Below are positions 19,546-31,682 of a stretch of DNA of 64,000 nt, one piece after another. Both the position numbers and the translations under genes were made by a program. The notes below the pieces were generated by a model. It worked only from the letters and a program-made list of their open reading frames with translations. It was not told the origin of the DNA and searched no databases. This DNA is from Gammaproteobacteria bacterium. Lineage in GTDB: Bacteria > Pseudomonadota > Gammaproteobacteria > Magnimaribacterales > TMED112. Numbering within the stretch: the stretch's first letter is position 1; each line of letters begins with the position of its first letter. The stretch covers positions 1,023-65,022 of the forward strand of contig JAYPTH010000004.1 in assembly GCA_038133485.1 (NCBI GenBank), written 5' to 3'.

Positions 19546-20384
19546 CTAGACTTATTAAGTTAATCTTTATTTGTGTGGTTGTTTTTTCTTGTTCAACAAG
19601 CTATGTAAAAATTAACTCTGAAAACTTTGATAGTAGAGTTAAATACATTGTTATTCATTACACATCAGAAAACTTTGCTGAAAGTTTAAGATTGTTGACA
19701 ACAAAAACTGATAGGCCAGTGAGTTCGCACTATTTAATTCCTGAACTAAACGATAAAACTTATGAATTAACTACAACTAAGCCTTATCTATTGGTAGATG
19801 AACATAATAGAGCTTGGCACGCTGGAATAAGTTATTGGAGTGGTGAAAGAGGATTAAATGATAATTCAATTGGCATTGAAATTGTAAACACCTCTGGTTG
19901 TCAAAAAGGTATTGAACAATTAATTGACCATGAAGACCTAAATAATTCTTGTTATTTTTTATCTTTTCCTAAACAACAAATTACAGTGCTTGTGAATTTA
20001 ATACGTGATATTTTATCAAGGTATCCTGAGATAAAACCTTATAACATTATCGGACATTCAGATATAGCTCCAAATAGAAAGATTGATCCTGGGCCCCTAT
20101 TCCCATGGAAAACGCTATACGAAAATGGTTTTGGAGCTTGGTATGAGATGGAAGACTACATTTATTTTCAGAACCTCTTTAAGACACAATTACCAACTAC
20201 CCTTGAAGCGCAACAACAACTAGAAATCTATGGTTATGAAATTGAGTTAAATGGTATCGAAGATAAACAGTCTCGTGATGCAGTCAGAGCATTTCAAATG
20301 CATTTTAGACCTTCAAACTATAGCGGCTATTTTGATTTAGAGACTATCGCAATTTTGTATGCTTTAAATAAAAAATATAGATAA
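19542..20384 (+). CDS. amiD: N-acetylmuramoyl-L-alanine amidase, AmiD-like lipoprotein
   Basis: VIHYT, VSSHYL, RAWHAG, SIGIEIVN, GHSDIAPNRKIDPG, AFQMHFRP; lipobox. Confidence 0.85.
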   Translation: MTRLIKLIFICVVVFSCSTSYVKINSENFDSRVKYIVIHYTSENFAESLRLLTTKTDRPVSSHYLIPELNDKTYELTTTKPYLLVDEHNRAWHAGISYWSGERGLNDNSIGIEIVNTSGCQKGIEQLIDHEDLNNSCYFLSFPKQQITVLVNLIRDILSRYPEIKPYNIIGHSDIAPNRKIDPGPLFPWKTLYENGFGAWYEMEDYIYFQNLFKTQLPTTLEAQQQLEIYGYEIELNGIEDKQSRDAVRAFQMHFRPSNYSGYFDLETIAILYALNKKYR

Positions 20385-20385
20385 A

Positions 20386-20407
20386 AAATGCGGCCAAAGC
20401 CGCATTT
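20386..20407. terminator. Probable bidirectional terminator
   Basis: AAATGCGGC-CAAA-GCCGCATTT between convergent genes. Confidence 0.8.
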
Positions 20408-20410
20408 AAA

Positions 20411-20836
20411 CTAATTGAAAATAATCCTATTTATCATTTCTACTCTGATAATTTCTCGAATATCTTCATATCCTTGAGCTCTTTCAGTTTGATCTTGTTC
20501 TGAAATAACTTTACGAAATTTTTCTTGAAACTCAGCTTGTTGTTCATCAGTCCATGGATCCAAACTTGCATAGCTTGGATAGTTTATGGCTAGATATACA
20601 TAGCTATTATTCCCAACGTAAACATTGAATCCATCAATCAGGCCCATCTCCTGTTGAATTTTATTTGCAGCTACCCAGGTTTTCTCCAGACCATCTAAAT
20701 AATCTTGTAGATAATTTGTTTTAACCTTAACAACAGTTAATTGGGTAACTCCTGGAGCAGGTTCTCGACTTGGTTCATCTTCTTGAGAAGATGCAAATAT
20801 TGAAAAAGTAAGTAAAAGTGAAAGTAAATATTTCAT
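20411..20836 (-). CDS. Hypothetical secreted protein
   Basis: Signal peptide, strong SD (GGAGGA), 141 aa; no family recognised. Confidence 0.75.
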   Translation of the reverse strand: MKYLLSLLLTFSIFASSQEDEPSREPAPGVTQLTVVKVKTNYLQDYLDGLEKTWVAANKIQQEMGLIDGFNVYVGNNSYVYLAINYPSYASLDPWTDEQQAEFQEKFRKVISEQDQTERAQGYEDIREIIRVEMINRIIFN

Positions 20837-20918
20837 AGTTCCTCCAACTTTTGATTCTATAACAATGTATAAAAAAAACTACTTTAAATATGTGTCTAAG
20901 TGAATGACATCAAGAAGA

Positions 20919-20994
<76 letters not shown>

Positions 20995-21033
20995 ACAGGT
21001 GTAATTATATAAACAAATTATTATTTTTAAAGT

Positions 21034-21771
21034 CTAAGATTTATCCTGTATTTTTTTTTCAATTCCTGATAAAAACCCTCTCAAAAAATTGACTTCCATT
21101 TCATCTAAACCAATACGTGTAAATAACCTTTTTATACGTGCCCCTATCTGTCTTGGGTTTCCTTTGTTGTAAACCTCTAGTTGTTCGGCAACATTGATAA
21201 AATGATTTATAAGGTTTTGGATATGGTTACTTTTGGCCATGGGAACATCCCATGTATTTGAATCAGCAGCTTTAGATTTTAACCAATAATCAAGATATAG
21301 CTGATAACAAACTACTTGTACCGACATTGCAACATTAAGAACAGGATAATTTGGGTTTGCAGGAATTGATACATGCAAATTAGATAATTGTAATTCATCG
21401 TTGGTAAGGCCCCGATCTTCACGACCAAATAAAATTGCAGTCTTAGCTGTTTTAGAATTTTTAACAATTTTAGGTGAGGCTGTTTCTAATGATTCGCATG
21501 GCCATGGCACCCTTCTCATCCTTGATGAGGTTGCTACAACAAAATTTATATCTTCAAGAGCATCAGCAAGTGAAGTTACAACTTTAACTTTATCAATCAT
21601 ATCTGATGCATTTGCAGCCATAGCAACAACATCATCAGATGGAAATTTTCTTGGATTAACTAGAACTAACTCAGAAAAACCCATCGTTTTCATAGCCCTT
21701 AATGTTGATCCAATGTTTCCTGAATTTGTTGTTTCAATAAGAATTATTTTGACTTGACTGTCTAAATCCAT
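21034..21771 (-). CDS. trmJ: tRNA (cytidine/uridine-2'-O)-methyltransferase
   Basis: GNIGSTLRAMKTMG, FGREDRGLTNDEL, LNVAMSVQ; divergent from suhB. Confidence 0.92.
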   Translation of the reverse strand: MDLDSQVKIILIETTNSGNIGSTLRAMKTMGFSELVLVNPRKFPSDDVVAMAANASDMIDKVKVVTSLADALEDINFVVATSSRMRRVPWPCESLETASPKIVKNSKTAKTAILFGREDRGLTNDELQLSNLHVSIPANPNYPVLNVAMSVQVVCYQLYLDYWLKSKAADSNTWDVPMAKSNHIQNLINHFINVAEQLEVYNKGNPRQIGARIKRLFTRIGLDEMEVNFLRGFLSGIEKKIQDKS

Positions 21772-21783
21772 AATATAGTCTCT

Positions 21784-22590
21784 ATGTCATTACCACCAAT
21801 ATTAAATAGAGCCCTTAAAGCTGCATACGAAGGCGCTAACGAGATTATTCATTTTAGTAAAAGAATTGATAATCTAGAAGTTATTTCTAAGGGTAATAAT
21901 GATATTACAACGAACCTCGACAAAAAGGTTGAGGAAAAAGTTTTTGATTACTTAAAAACTTATTACCCAGATTTTGGATATTTCGGTGAGGAATCTGGAA
22001 TTGAGGGAATTAATGATAAAGATCAGTATTGGGTCCTAGATCCCCTTGATGGCACTAGAAATTTTGCATATCAATATCCTCACTATGCACTATCACTGGC
22101 TTGTATAAGTGAAGGTAAGGTTATATGTGCAGTAATAATAGATCCTGTCAGAGATGATGTATTTTGTGCTGGTGAAGGAACTGGATCATTGCTTAATAAC
22201 AAAAGAATCAGATCTAGCAACAAGAAAACCCTTACTAACGCAATGCTTACAAACGTTGGACACACAAATCAAAATCAAAATTATTCATACTCCATAATGG
22301 ATACTATTTCTGAGCTATCTAATTACAACATTACACTCAGAAGGTCTGGGTGCACTGCTTTAGACTTAGCATACGTTGCAGCAGGCAAAGTAGATGGTTT
22401 TTGGGGCTATGGTTTAGAGATATGGGACAGAGCAGCTGGCTTGTTTATTGCTCAAAACGCTGGATGTCTTAGTAGTTCATTTGATGGTATTCCTGATACC
22501 TTTAGTCATGACCATTTAATTATATCTGGCCCTAGATGTTTCAAAGAATTGTCTAGATGTGTTCAAAAAGGTTATCAGTCTAAAGAATAG
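21784..22590 (+). CDS. suhB: Inositol monophosphatase family protein
   Basis: GEE, WVLDPLDGTRNF, RRSGCTALDLAYVAAG, WDRAAG. Confidence 0.9.
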   Translation: MSLPPILNRALKAAYEGANEIIHFSKRIDNLEVISKGNNDITTNLDKKVEEKVFDYLKTYYPDFGYFGEESGIEGINDKDQYWVLDPLDGTRNFAYQYPHYALSLACISEGKVICAVIIDPVRDDVFCAGEGTGSLLNNKRIRSSNKKTLTNAMLTNVGHTNQNQNYSYSIMDTISELSNYNITLRRSGCTALDLAYVAAGKVDGFWGYGLEIWDRAAGLFIAQNAGCLSSSFDGIPDTFSHDHLIISGPRCFKELSRCVQKGYQSKE

Positions 22591-23486
22591 CTTTCTTCAG
22601 GCTCGTTTTTAGGTTTTTCCATATCTTTTGTACTCAAATTGAGCCCTAATAAAACCCCAACAACGATAACAATTGATGAATAAGAACCGACTATAACCCC
22701 TATGGAAAGTGCCAGACTGAAATTTTGTAGTGCCGCACCACCAGCAACCAATAGTGCCACCAAAACCAATAATGTGGTGAACGAAGTAACTAATGTTCTT
22801 GTAAAGACTTGATTTAAGGATAAGTTAATTAAAGTTTCGCTACTCCCTTTAGCATTTTTATCTAAAAGGTTTTCTCTGATTCTATCAGAAACAACTATTG
22901 AATCATTCAATGAATAGCCAACAATAGCTAGTATTGCGGCCAAGACAGAAAGATCAAAAGTTAAATTAAATAATGAAAAGATTCCCAAAATTATCAGAAC
23001 ATCATGTACAAGAGCAGCAATTGCACCATAACCAAATTTAATTTGGAATCTAAAAATGATATAAAGCAGAATAGCAAAGATTGCTACAAGTATTGCAATA
23101 CCACCTTTATCTCTAAGCTCTTCACCAATCTGAGGAAAGATAGTTTCACTTTTCGTGACTTCACCTAAATTATCCTTTTCTTGTAATTTTTGAATAACAG
23201 TTTCTGCATTTAAATTTAAAGATTCATCGCTTTGAAATTTAATTAATACATCTTCATCACTACCAAAATTTAAAACCACGAAATTTGCTCCTTCAATTTC
23301 AGAAAGGTTTTCTCTAATCTTTTCAAGATTGGCTTTTGAGGGGTATTTAAGCTCAACAGAAACACCGCCGGTAAAATCTAGTCCTAGATTTAATCCCTTA
23401 AAAAAAAGTGTTAGGATCGCAATAAGCAACATAGAGCCTGAAAAGATAAGTGCTTGCCTATTAAATTTGGTGAATGGTATATTCAT
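22575..23486 (-). CDS. secF: Protein translocase subunit SecF
   Basis: GLDFTGG, HDV, GYSLNDSIVVSDRIRE, RTLVTS. Confidence 0.96.
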   Translation of the reverse strand: MNIPFTKFNRQALIFSGSMLLIAILTLFFKGLNLGLDFTGGVSVELKYPSKANLEKIRENLSEIEGANFVVLNFGSDEDVLIKFQSDESLNLNAETVIQKLQEKDNLGEVTKSETIFPQIGEELRDKGGIAILVAIFAILLYIIFRFQIKFGYGAIAALVHDVLIILGIFSLFNLTFDLSVLAAILAIVGYSLNDSIVVSDRIRENLLDKNAKGSSETLINLSLNQVFTRTLVTSFTTLLVLVALLVAGGAALQNFSLALSIGVIVGSYSSIVIVVGVLLGLNLSTKDMEKPKNEPEESYSLD

Positions 23487-25321
23487 ACTTTTAACTCTTT
23501 TACATCCCTGTAGCCATAAATTAAATTTACAAAAGATCTTGTAACAAATATGGCAGTAAATATCGATGTGATTATGCCAATACTTAACGTTACAGCAAAA
23601 CCTTTTATAGGGCCTGTTCCAATTGCATATAGGATTAGAGCAACTATTAGTGTAGTTATATTAGCATCCATAATCGTACTAAAAGCTTTCGCAAACCCAT
23701 TCTTTATCGCGTTTTGGGGATCAATATTATTTTTTAATTCTTCAGAGATTCTAGCGAATATTAGTACATTCGCATCTACAGCCATGCCTACAGTCAGAAC
23801 AATTCCGGCAATGCCTGGTAATGTTAAAGTTCCACCAACAACCGACATGATTGAAACTACTAAAATTAGATTACACATCAAAGCTATGTTTGCTGACAGC
23901 CCAAACAATCTATAACGAACAAACATAAATATAAAGACAAGAATGAACCCAATAATAATTGAGTTAACACCTTTTTCTATGTTTTCTTGTCCCAAAGTAG
24001 GCCCGATAGTTTGCTCCTCAACAAACTTCATTGGTGCAGCAAGCGCGCCAGCTCTCAACAAAAGTGCTAATTCGCTAGCCTCAGTAGAACTTGATAGTCC
24101 TGTTATTCTAAAGCTCGTCCCTAATACCGCCTGAATTGTAGCATTGCTAATGATGCCTTTCTCTATATAGGATTCTTGCACAACATTATCATCTGCATCA
24201 AAAAAAGTTTTCGTTTTTTCTTCGACTAGGACAACTCCCAATCTTCTACCAATATTGCCATTGGTCGCTTTTTGCATAGCTCTACCACCTTCAATATCTA
24301 AATTAATATTCACCTGTGGTCTACCATTCTCATCAAAACTACTTTGAGCATTGGTCACACTATCACCTGTAAGTATTACGATCTTTTCTAAAAATGCTGA
24401 ACCTTGAAATGTTTCTCTGTAGTTAAACTTTTCTTTTCTTAAGAAAGAATCACTATTTCTAGCTTCAAGCCTGAACTCAAGGTTTGCAGTTTTGCCTATT
24501 ATCTTTTTTGCTGAAGCTGAATCTTGTACACCAGGCAGCTCAACAACAATTCTTCCTCTACCCTCTCGTTGAACAATCGGTTCTGAAACACCTAATTCAT
24601 TTACTCTATTTCTCAATGCAACAAGGTTTTGCTCAACTGCATAATCAACTATTTCGGAAAGGTAATTTTCTGTATATCTAAGTTCTAAATCTAGGTTTGA
24701 CTGAATGATCGAATATTTATTTCCACTAGTTGTTATATTATTTTGATTTAGATAATCTCTACCTTTAGTTAAATCTGAGTCGGATTTAAACTTTAGTATT
24801 ACTCTGTCATTAAATGATTGATAATCTGTAAAAAAACCTTGCTTTGCAAATTCTTCAGATAATGATGCTGCTTCAGATGATAAACGTTCCTCGGAGTATC
24901 GCTCCGTATCAACTTCCAATAAAAAATGAATGCCACCTGCTAAATCAAGTCCAAGATTAATGGGGTTGGCACCTAATTCTCTTAGCCATTCCGGGGTTGT
25001 TGGTTCAGAGGTTAATGCAATTATAAAATCACCACTTGAGTAATTTGCTAGCACCCTTCTTGAAGCAAGTTGTGACTCAACGTCTTCTAAAACAATCTTT
25101 ACTGAAGCTTCATCAGTTGTAATAGAATTAAAGGCTATATTTTCCTTATTCAAAGCTTCTTCTAGGCCTGAAATAAAATCTTGATTAATTTGCACTGTAG
25201 AATCTCCAACTGCTATTTGGAGCGATGGTTTTGACGGATAAATATTAGGTAACGCAAATAAACTTCCCAGTATAAGTACTGAGAAAATTAATAAATATTG
25301 CCAAACCTTATATTTATTCAC
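23483..25321 (-). CDS. secD: Protein translocase subunit SecD
   Basis: LGLDLAGG, RVNELGVSEP, VELPG, GMAVDANVLI, DANITT. Confidence 0.97.
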   Translation of the reverse strand: MNKYKVWQYLLIFSVLILGSLFALPNIYPSKPSLQIAVGDSTVQINQDFISGLEEALNKENIAFNSITTDEASVKIVLEDVESQLASRRVLANYSSGDFIIALTSEPTTPEWLRELGANPINLGLDLAGGIHFLLEVDTERYSEERLSSEAASLSEEFAKQGFFTDYQSFNDRVILKFKSDSDLTKGRDYLNQNNITTSGNKYSIIQSNLDLELRYTENYLSEIVDYAVEQNLVALRNRVNELGVSEPIVQREGRGRIVVELPGVQDSASAKKIIGKTANLEFRLEARNSDSFLRKEKFNYRETFQGSAFLEKIVILTGDSVTNAQSSFDENGRPQVNINLDIEGGRAMQKATNGNIGRRLGVVLVEEKTKTFFDADDNVVQESYIEKGIISNATIQAVLGTSFRITGLSSSTEASELALLLRAGALAAPMKFVEEQTIGPTLGQENIEKGVNSIIIGFILVFIFMFVRYRLFGLSANIALMCNLILVVSIMSVVGGTLTLPGIAGIVLTVGMAVDANVLIFARISEELKNNIDPQNAIKNGFAKAFSTIMDANITTLIVALILYAIGTGPIKGFAVTLSIGIITSIFTAIFVTRSFVNLIYGYRDVKELKV

Positions 25322-25620
25322 TGCGATTCAATACTGCTGATTGTCCCTTTTGGTAATTGTGATGAAATGAATTCTTTTTGCATGTTGATTGTGACATTCT
25401 CATTTAATTTTATTGAGACATATCTATCTTTAACGTTATCAATCCGGCCTACAAGACCAGATGAAGTCATAACTTCATCACCTTTTTGCAATGATGATAC
25501 AAGTTGCTCATGTTCTTTTCTTCTTTTCTGCTGAGGTCTGATAGTTACGAAATAGACAAATAGAAAGAAAAATAAAAGCATTAAAAATGGAAAAAAAGTT
25601 GGTGCAGCTGCTTCGTTCAT
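25318..25620 (-). CDS. yajC: Preprotein translocase subunit YajC
   Basis: TM helix then IRPQQKR, LQKGDEVMTSSG, LPKGT. Confidence 0.95.
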   Translation of the reverse strand: MNEAAAPTFFPFLMLLFFFLFVYFVTIRPQQKRRKEHEQLVSSLQKGDEVMTSSGLVGRIDNVKDRYVSIKLNENVTINMQKEFISSQLPKGTISSIESQ

Positions 25621-25627
25621 ATAACTC

Positions 25628-27780
<2,153 letters not shown>

Positions 27781-27802
27781 TGTGTGTATGATATCAATAT
27801 TT

Positions 27803-27887
27803 GGGGATGTGGTGGAATTGGTAGACACGTGCGACTCAAACTCGCATGCCGCAAGGCGTAACGGTTCAAGTCCGTTCATCCCTACCA
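27803..27887 (+). tRNA. tRNA-Leu(CAA)
   Basis: GGGGATG/CATCCCT acceptor stem, anticodon arm TGCGA-CTCAAAC-TCGCA, long variable arm, ACCA end. Confidence 0.96.
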
Positions 27888-27894
27888 ATAAAAA

Positions 27895-28776
27895 TTAAAC
27901 TAGCCCAAAACCATAATCATTTTTAGCAACTAGCCTAACTTTTTTATCTTCATCAGTGAATTGAATTTCTCTAGCATGAAGCATCATCCTGATTTTCTCT
28001 TTCTGTGATCCATATTTATGGTCACCGAGCAATGGAAAGCCTGCATCTGCACAATGAGCACGAATTTGATGTGTACGCCCAGTTATAGGTATTGCTAACA
28101 GATGTGTATGTTCTTTATATTTTTTCTGTACCCTAAATTTAGTCATTGATTGCTTTCCTTCTTTACTGACTGTCGTTGATCTTTTGTCATTATTTTTTTT
28201 TGTTAATAGGCTACTTTCAACTTTTTTAAGAGAGTTTGGCCAACTGCCTACAACAATACATTCATATATTTTTTTTATTTTTCTTTCTCGAAATTGCTTA
28301 TGAATTGATCGCAAAGCAGACATTTTTTTTGCAATAATTAAGCATCCACTGGTTAATTTATCAATACGATGGGCTAAATTAAATTTATCAGAATATGGGT
28401 ATAAGCTTCTAATTATTTCGATTATCCCAAAATTTAAGCCTGATCCCCCATGAACAGCATAATTTGGAGGTTTATTGATAACAATATAGTTCTCCGATTC
28501 ATACATGATGGCATCTTTTATTAGCCTTTGATGATCATTTAAATTAGGAGAATTCATAATATCGGCTTTTTGAGCAAATATTGGGTAAGAAACTACATCT
28601 TGAGATTGAAGCTTATAATCAGGTTTGGTTTTTTTCTTGTTTACTTTGATAGCAGCTTTTCTAATTGAGCTATAGATTTTAGATTTAGGCACTTTCTTAA
28701 AAATCGAAAAAAGAACATTATCCAACCTCCTCCCTTCATTTTCTTTATCAATAATTAAAAATTCAATTTTGTTCAT
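27895..28776 (-). CDS. rluC: 23S rRNA pseudouridine synthase RluC
   Basis: S4 domain, NKP..AVHGGSG, HRIDKLTSG, TGRTHQIR; divergent from rne. Confidence 0.9.
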   Translation of the reverse strand: MNKIEFLIIDKENEGRRLDNVLFSIFKKVPKSKIYSSIRKAAIKVNKKKTKPDYKLQSQDVVSYPIFAQKADIMNSPNLNDHQRLIKDAIMYESENYIVINKPPNYAVHGGSGLNFGIIEIIRSLYPYSDKFNLAHRIDKLTSGCLIIAKKMSALRSIHKQFRERKIKKIYECIVVGSWPNSLKKVESSLLTKKNNDKRSTTVSKEGKQSMTKFRVQKKYKEHTHLLAIPITGRTHQIRAHCADAGFPLLGDHKYGSQKEKIRMMLHAREIQFTDEDKKVRLVAKNDYGFGLV

Positions 28777-28795
28777 TATGCTGTAGAATATACCC

Positions 28796-28956
28796 GTTTA
28801 GCTTTAACTTACTTAAATACAATATATAAAGCTAAGAATTAATTAACTATTAAATGATAAGAACAATGGACAAAAGATCAATTAAATTCAATCGCAATAA
28901 AGTTCCTATAAAGAGCTAATCCATAATGTTCTTATCCTTTTTTTAAAAGGGATAAC
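28796..28956 (+). promoter_or_regulatory. Structured rne 5' leader
   Basis: -10 TAGAAT (28784-28789); inverted repeats TTAGCTTTA/TAAAGCTAA and GATAAGAACA/TGTTCTTATC; alternative hairpin over the RBS. Confidence 0.6.
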
Positions 28957-30882
28957 ATGAAAAAAATATTAATAGACACTAATTCAATTAATGGCAAACG
29001 AAGTGCGTTAATTGATAGTGATAAACTTATCGATTTTGACCTAGAGTTTGAAAACAATAACTTTCAAAAAGGCAGTATACATAAAGCTAAAATTACAAAG
29101 ATTGAAGCAAGCTTAGAAGCTGCTTTTGTAGAATTAGGTTCATCAAGACATGGCTTTCTGCCATTTAAAGAGCTTTCTCCGGAATATTTTGATAATTCAA
29201 AAACAGGCGCAGATAGATTTAAGGTAAAAGAAGGTGACGATATCGTCGTACAAATTGAAAAAGAAGAAAGAGTAAATAAAGGAGCGGCTTTGTCGACCTA
29301 TATTTCTCTCGCAAGCAGATACATTGTCTTAATGACTAATCATCCTTCGGGCGGAGGCATCTCAAGAAGAATTCATGGAGATGATAGAGATAAAGTTAAG
29401 AACCTAATTGATAATCTTCAAGTTCCAGAAGGCATGAGCATTATTATTAGAACGGCAGGCATTGATAGACAAATTGAGGAACTTAATTGGGATATTGAGT
29501 ATCTTAAAAAACTTTGGGTTGAAGTTGAAAGTGCAATTTCAAAATCAAAAGCAACACAACTTATTTACGCTGATCAAAGCTTGATTCAAAAAACAATAAG
29601 AGACTATTTTAAAGAAGACATAGGTGAATTGGTCGTTGATAACAAAGATGATTACGATGAAGCACGTACCTATGCAACTAAGATTGTTCCTGAATTTGTT
29701 GAAAAAATTAAACTATATGAAGAAGAAATACCATTGTTTGCGAGCTACGGTATTGAATCCAAAATTGAATCAGCATTTTCCCGAGAGGTTAAGCTTCCTT
29801 CTGGCGGATCATTGGTCATTGATAGTGGTGAAGCCCTTACCTCTATTGATATTAACTCTGCAAGATCCACAAAAGGAACAGATATCGAAGAAACAGCTTT
29901 AAAAACAAACCTTGAAGCTGCAAGAGAAATTGGAAGACAAGTAAAACTTAGAGACCTTGGTGGTTTAATTGTTATTGATTTTATAGATATGGAAGATGAA
30001 AAAAATAACACAAAAGTTGAAAAAGCTATGCATGATTCAACAAAAAATGACCACGCGCGAATTCAAATGAATAATATCTCAAGATTTGGTTTACTAGAAA
30101 TGTCTAGACAAAGAATTAAGCCAGCACTAAATGATCTTATGGGAAAAACTATCTGGGTAAGATCTATAGCAAGTATATGTGAATCAATTTTTAGATTAAT
30201 TACAGAAAAATCAATAAATAATCGATCCAGCGTGCTTTTGCTTAAAGTCTCGCCTAATGTAGCTAACGAACTGCTTAACAGATATAGAAATAATATGGCT
30301 GAAATTGAGCATAGATTTGGCACTAAGATCATGACATTTATTGATCCATATAAGCAAAATGATAACTACACAATTGAAATAAAGAAAAATGCATTTTTTG
30401 ATTATGAAGAAACTCTAGAAGAATCTTCTCAAGCTTTTCAAAATCGTTCTAGCTACAACTTAAAGGTGCCTAAGAAAAAGGCAAAGGCTTTGGTTGAAGA
30501 TGTAGACTTTAGAAACAAACCTAAAGTTGATCCCAATAAAAAAGGATTATTGGATTCTTTGTTTGGATTTTTTAAGAGTGAAGAAAAACCTGAACCAAAA
30601 AAGAAAATCCGAAAGTTTTCTTCGAAACCAAGAAGAAGTAACCAAAACTCTAATACAAGGAAACCTAAAAACTTTAAAACTGATTTAAAGAGCAGAGATC
30701 AAGGTCGCAAGCCATCAACAAGGGTTAATCAAACAGCGAGGAAGCCTATTAATGGTAACTTGAAAAGTCGACCAGAAAATACTCCAGCTCCCTTGCCAGA
30801 CGATAATATTGGCAACAAGGCTGAGCCTACTAATGAAAGGCCAAAAAGAAGAGCTAAAAATGACCCTAGAGCTAAGAGTTAA
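28957..30882 (+). CDS. rne: Ribonuclease E (short, 641 aa)
   Basis: LEAAFV, HGFLPF, GISRRI, IDINSAR, RDLGGLIVIDFIDM; amphipathic helix GLLDSLFGFFK; Arg-rich tail ending in NDPR. Confidence 0.95.
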   Translation: MKKILIDTNSINGKRSALIDSDKLIDFDLEFENNNFQKGSIHKAKITKIEASLEAAFVELGSSRHGFLPFKELSPEYFDNSKTGADRFKVKEGDDIVVQIEKEERVNKGAALSTYISLASRYIVLMTNHPSGGGISRRIHGDDRDKVKNLIDNLQVPEGMSIIIRTAGIDRQIEELNWDIEYLKKLWVEVESAISKSKATQLIYADQSLIQKTIRDYFKEDIGELVVDNKDDYDEARTYATKIVPEFVEKIKLYEEEIPLFASYGIESKIESAFSREVKLPSGGSLVIDSGEALTSIDINSARSTKGTDIEETALKTNLEAAREIGRQVKLRDLGGLIVIDFIDMEDEKNNTKVEKAMHDSTKNDHARIQMNNISRFGLLEMSRQRIKPALNDLMGKTIWVRSIASICESIFRLITEKSINNRSSVLLLKVSPNVANELLNRYRNNMAEIEHRFGTKIMTFIDPYKQNDNYTIEIKKNAFFDYEETLEESSQAFQNRSSYNLKVPKKKAKALVEDVDFRNKPKVDPNKKGLLDSLFGFFKSEEKPEPKKKIRKFSSKPRRSNQNSNTRKPKNFKTDLKSRDQGRKPSTRVNQTARKPINGNLKSRPENTPAPLPDDNIGNKAEPTNERPKRRAKNDPRAKS

Positions 30883-31657
30883 GAGCTTTTTTAATTAATT
30901 TTCCAGATAAAGATAATTCAGGAGGAATAGGTGGCAATTGGGTTTTACTAAACCACCCCGCCTCTTGAATTTCTTCCTGGTCTAGCATTAACTCTCTGTT
31001 GTCTGACAAAGCTGTAAAAGCCATCATTAGCTGGTTAGGAAATGGCCATGATTGCGAATTAAAGTATTCTAATTGAGTCACCTTTAACCCTACTTCCTCA
31101 AATACTTCTCTTTTTACTGTCTCTTCAATTGATTCACCATATTCTACAAATCCAGCAATGGCTGTAAAAAAATTACTGCCGTTATTATGTTTAACAAGCA
31201 AAATGTCATTTTCATTTTTAACAACTACTAAAATACAAGGTGACATTTTTGGATAATGATCATGCTTACATTGTTCACAAGCTTTAGCGAGATCGTGTTT
31301 TATTGTTGAAAGCCTGCAACCGTGCTGTGGACAAAAATTAAAATGATTAATCCATTTGGACATTTGATAAGCTCGAGAATAAATATTAAGAAGGTTGTTA
31401 TCTAAGTGCATAAAAACTTCTTTTTGGGATAAATAAATCATGTCTAGGGGAGCATCAAATGAACAAAAGTGCAGAACTATTGAGTCCTTATCATTTGAAA
31501 ATATCTCATAACCATTTTTAATATCAAGATCTTCTGAGAAAATGAATGCTTCATCTTTTGTGTTAAAAAGTAACTGGTTTTTTTGGTTGATGAAGACATG
31601 TTTAGCTGTTTTATTCGAGCTTGATATAATTTTAAAAGAAGGAAACATTTCTGACAT
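30872..31657 (-). CDS. nudC: NADH pyrophosphatase / NAD-cap decapping enzyme
   Basis: Zn-finger-like CPQH...CEQC, Nudix box GESIEETVKREVFEEVG, SQSWPFP. Start (MSEMF) is uncertain. Confidence 0.9.
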   Translation of the reverse strand: MSEMFPSFKIISSSNKTAKHVFINQKNQLLFNTKDEAFIFSEDLDIKNGYEIFSNDKDSIVLHFCSFDAPLDMIYLSQKEVFMHLDNNLLNIYSRAYQMSKWINHFNFCPQHGCRLSTIKHDLAKACEQCKHDHYPKMSPCILVVVKNENDILLVKHNNGSNFFTAIAGFVEYGESIEETVKREVFEEVGLKVTQLEYFNSQSWPFPNQLMMAFTALSDNRELMLDQEEIQEAGWFSKTQLPPIPPELSLSGKLIKKALNS

Positions 31658-31682
31658 AATCTGTATAATGTAACCTTTTATT

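Noticed and set aside
27781-27888. 36-aa N-terminal extension of QueA in the ORF track
   Set aside because: It is the antisense of tRNA-Leu; QueA homology begins at ATG 27780.
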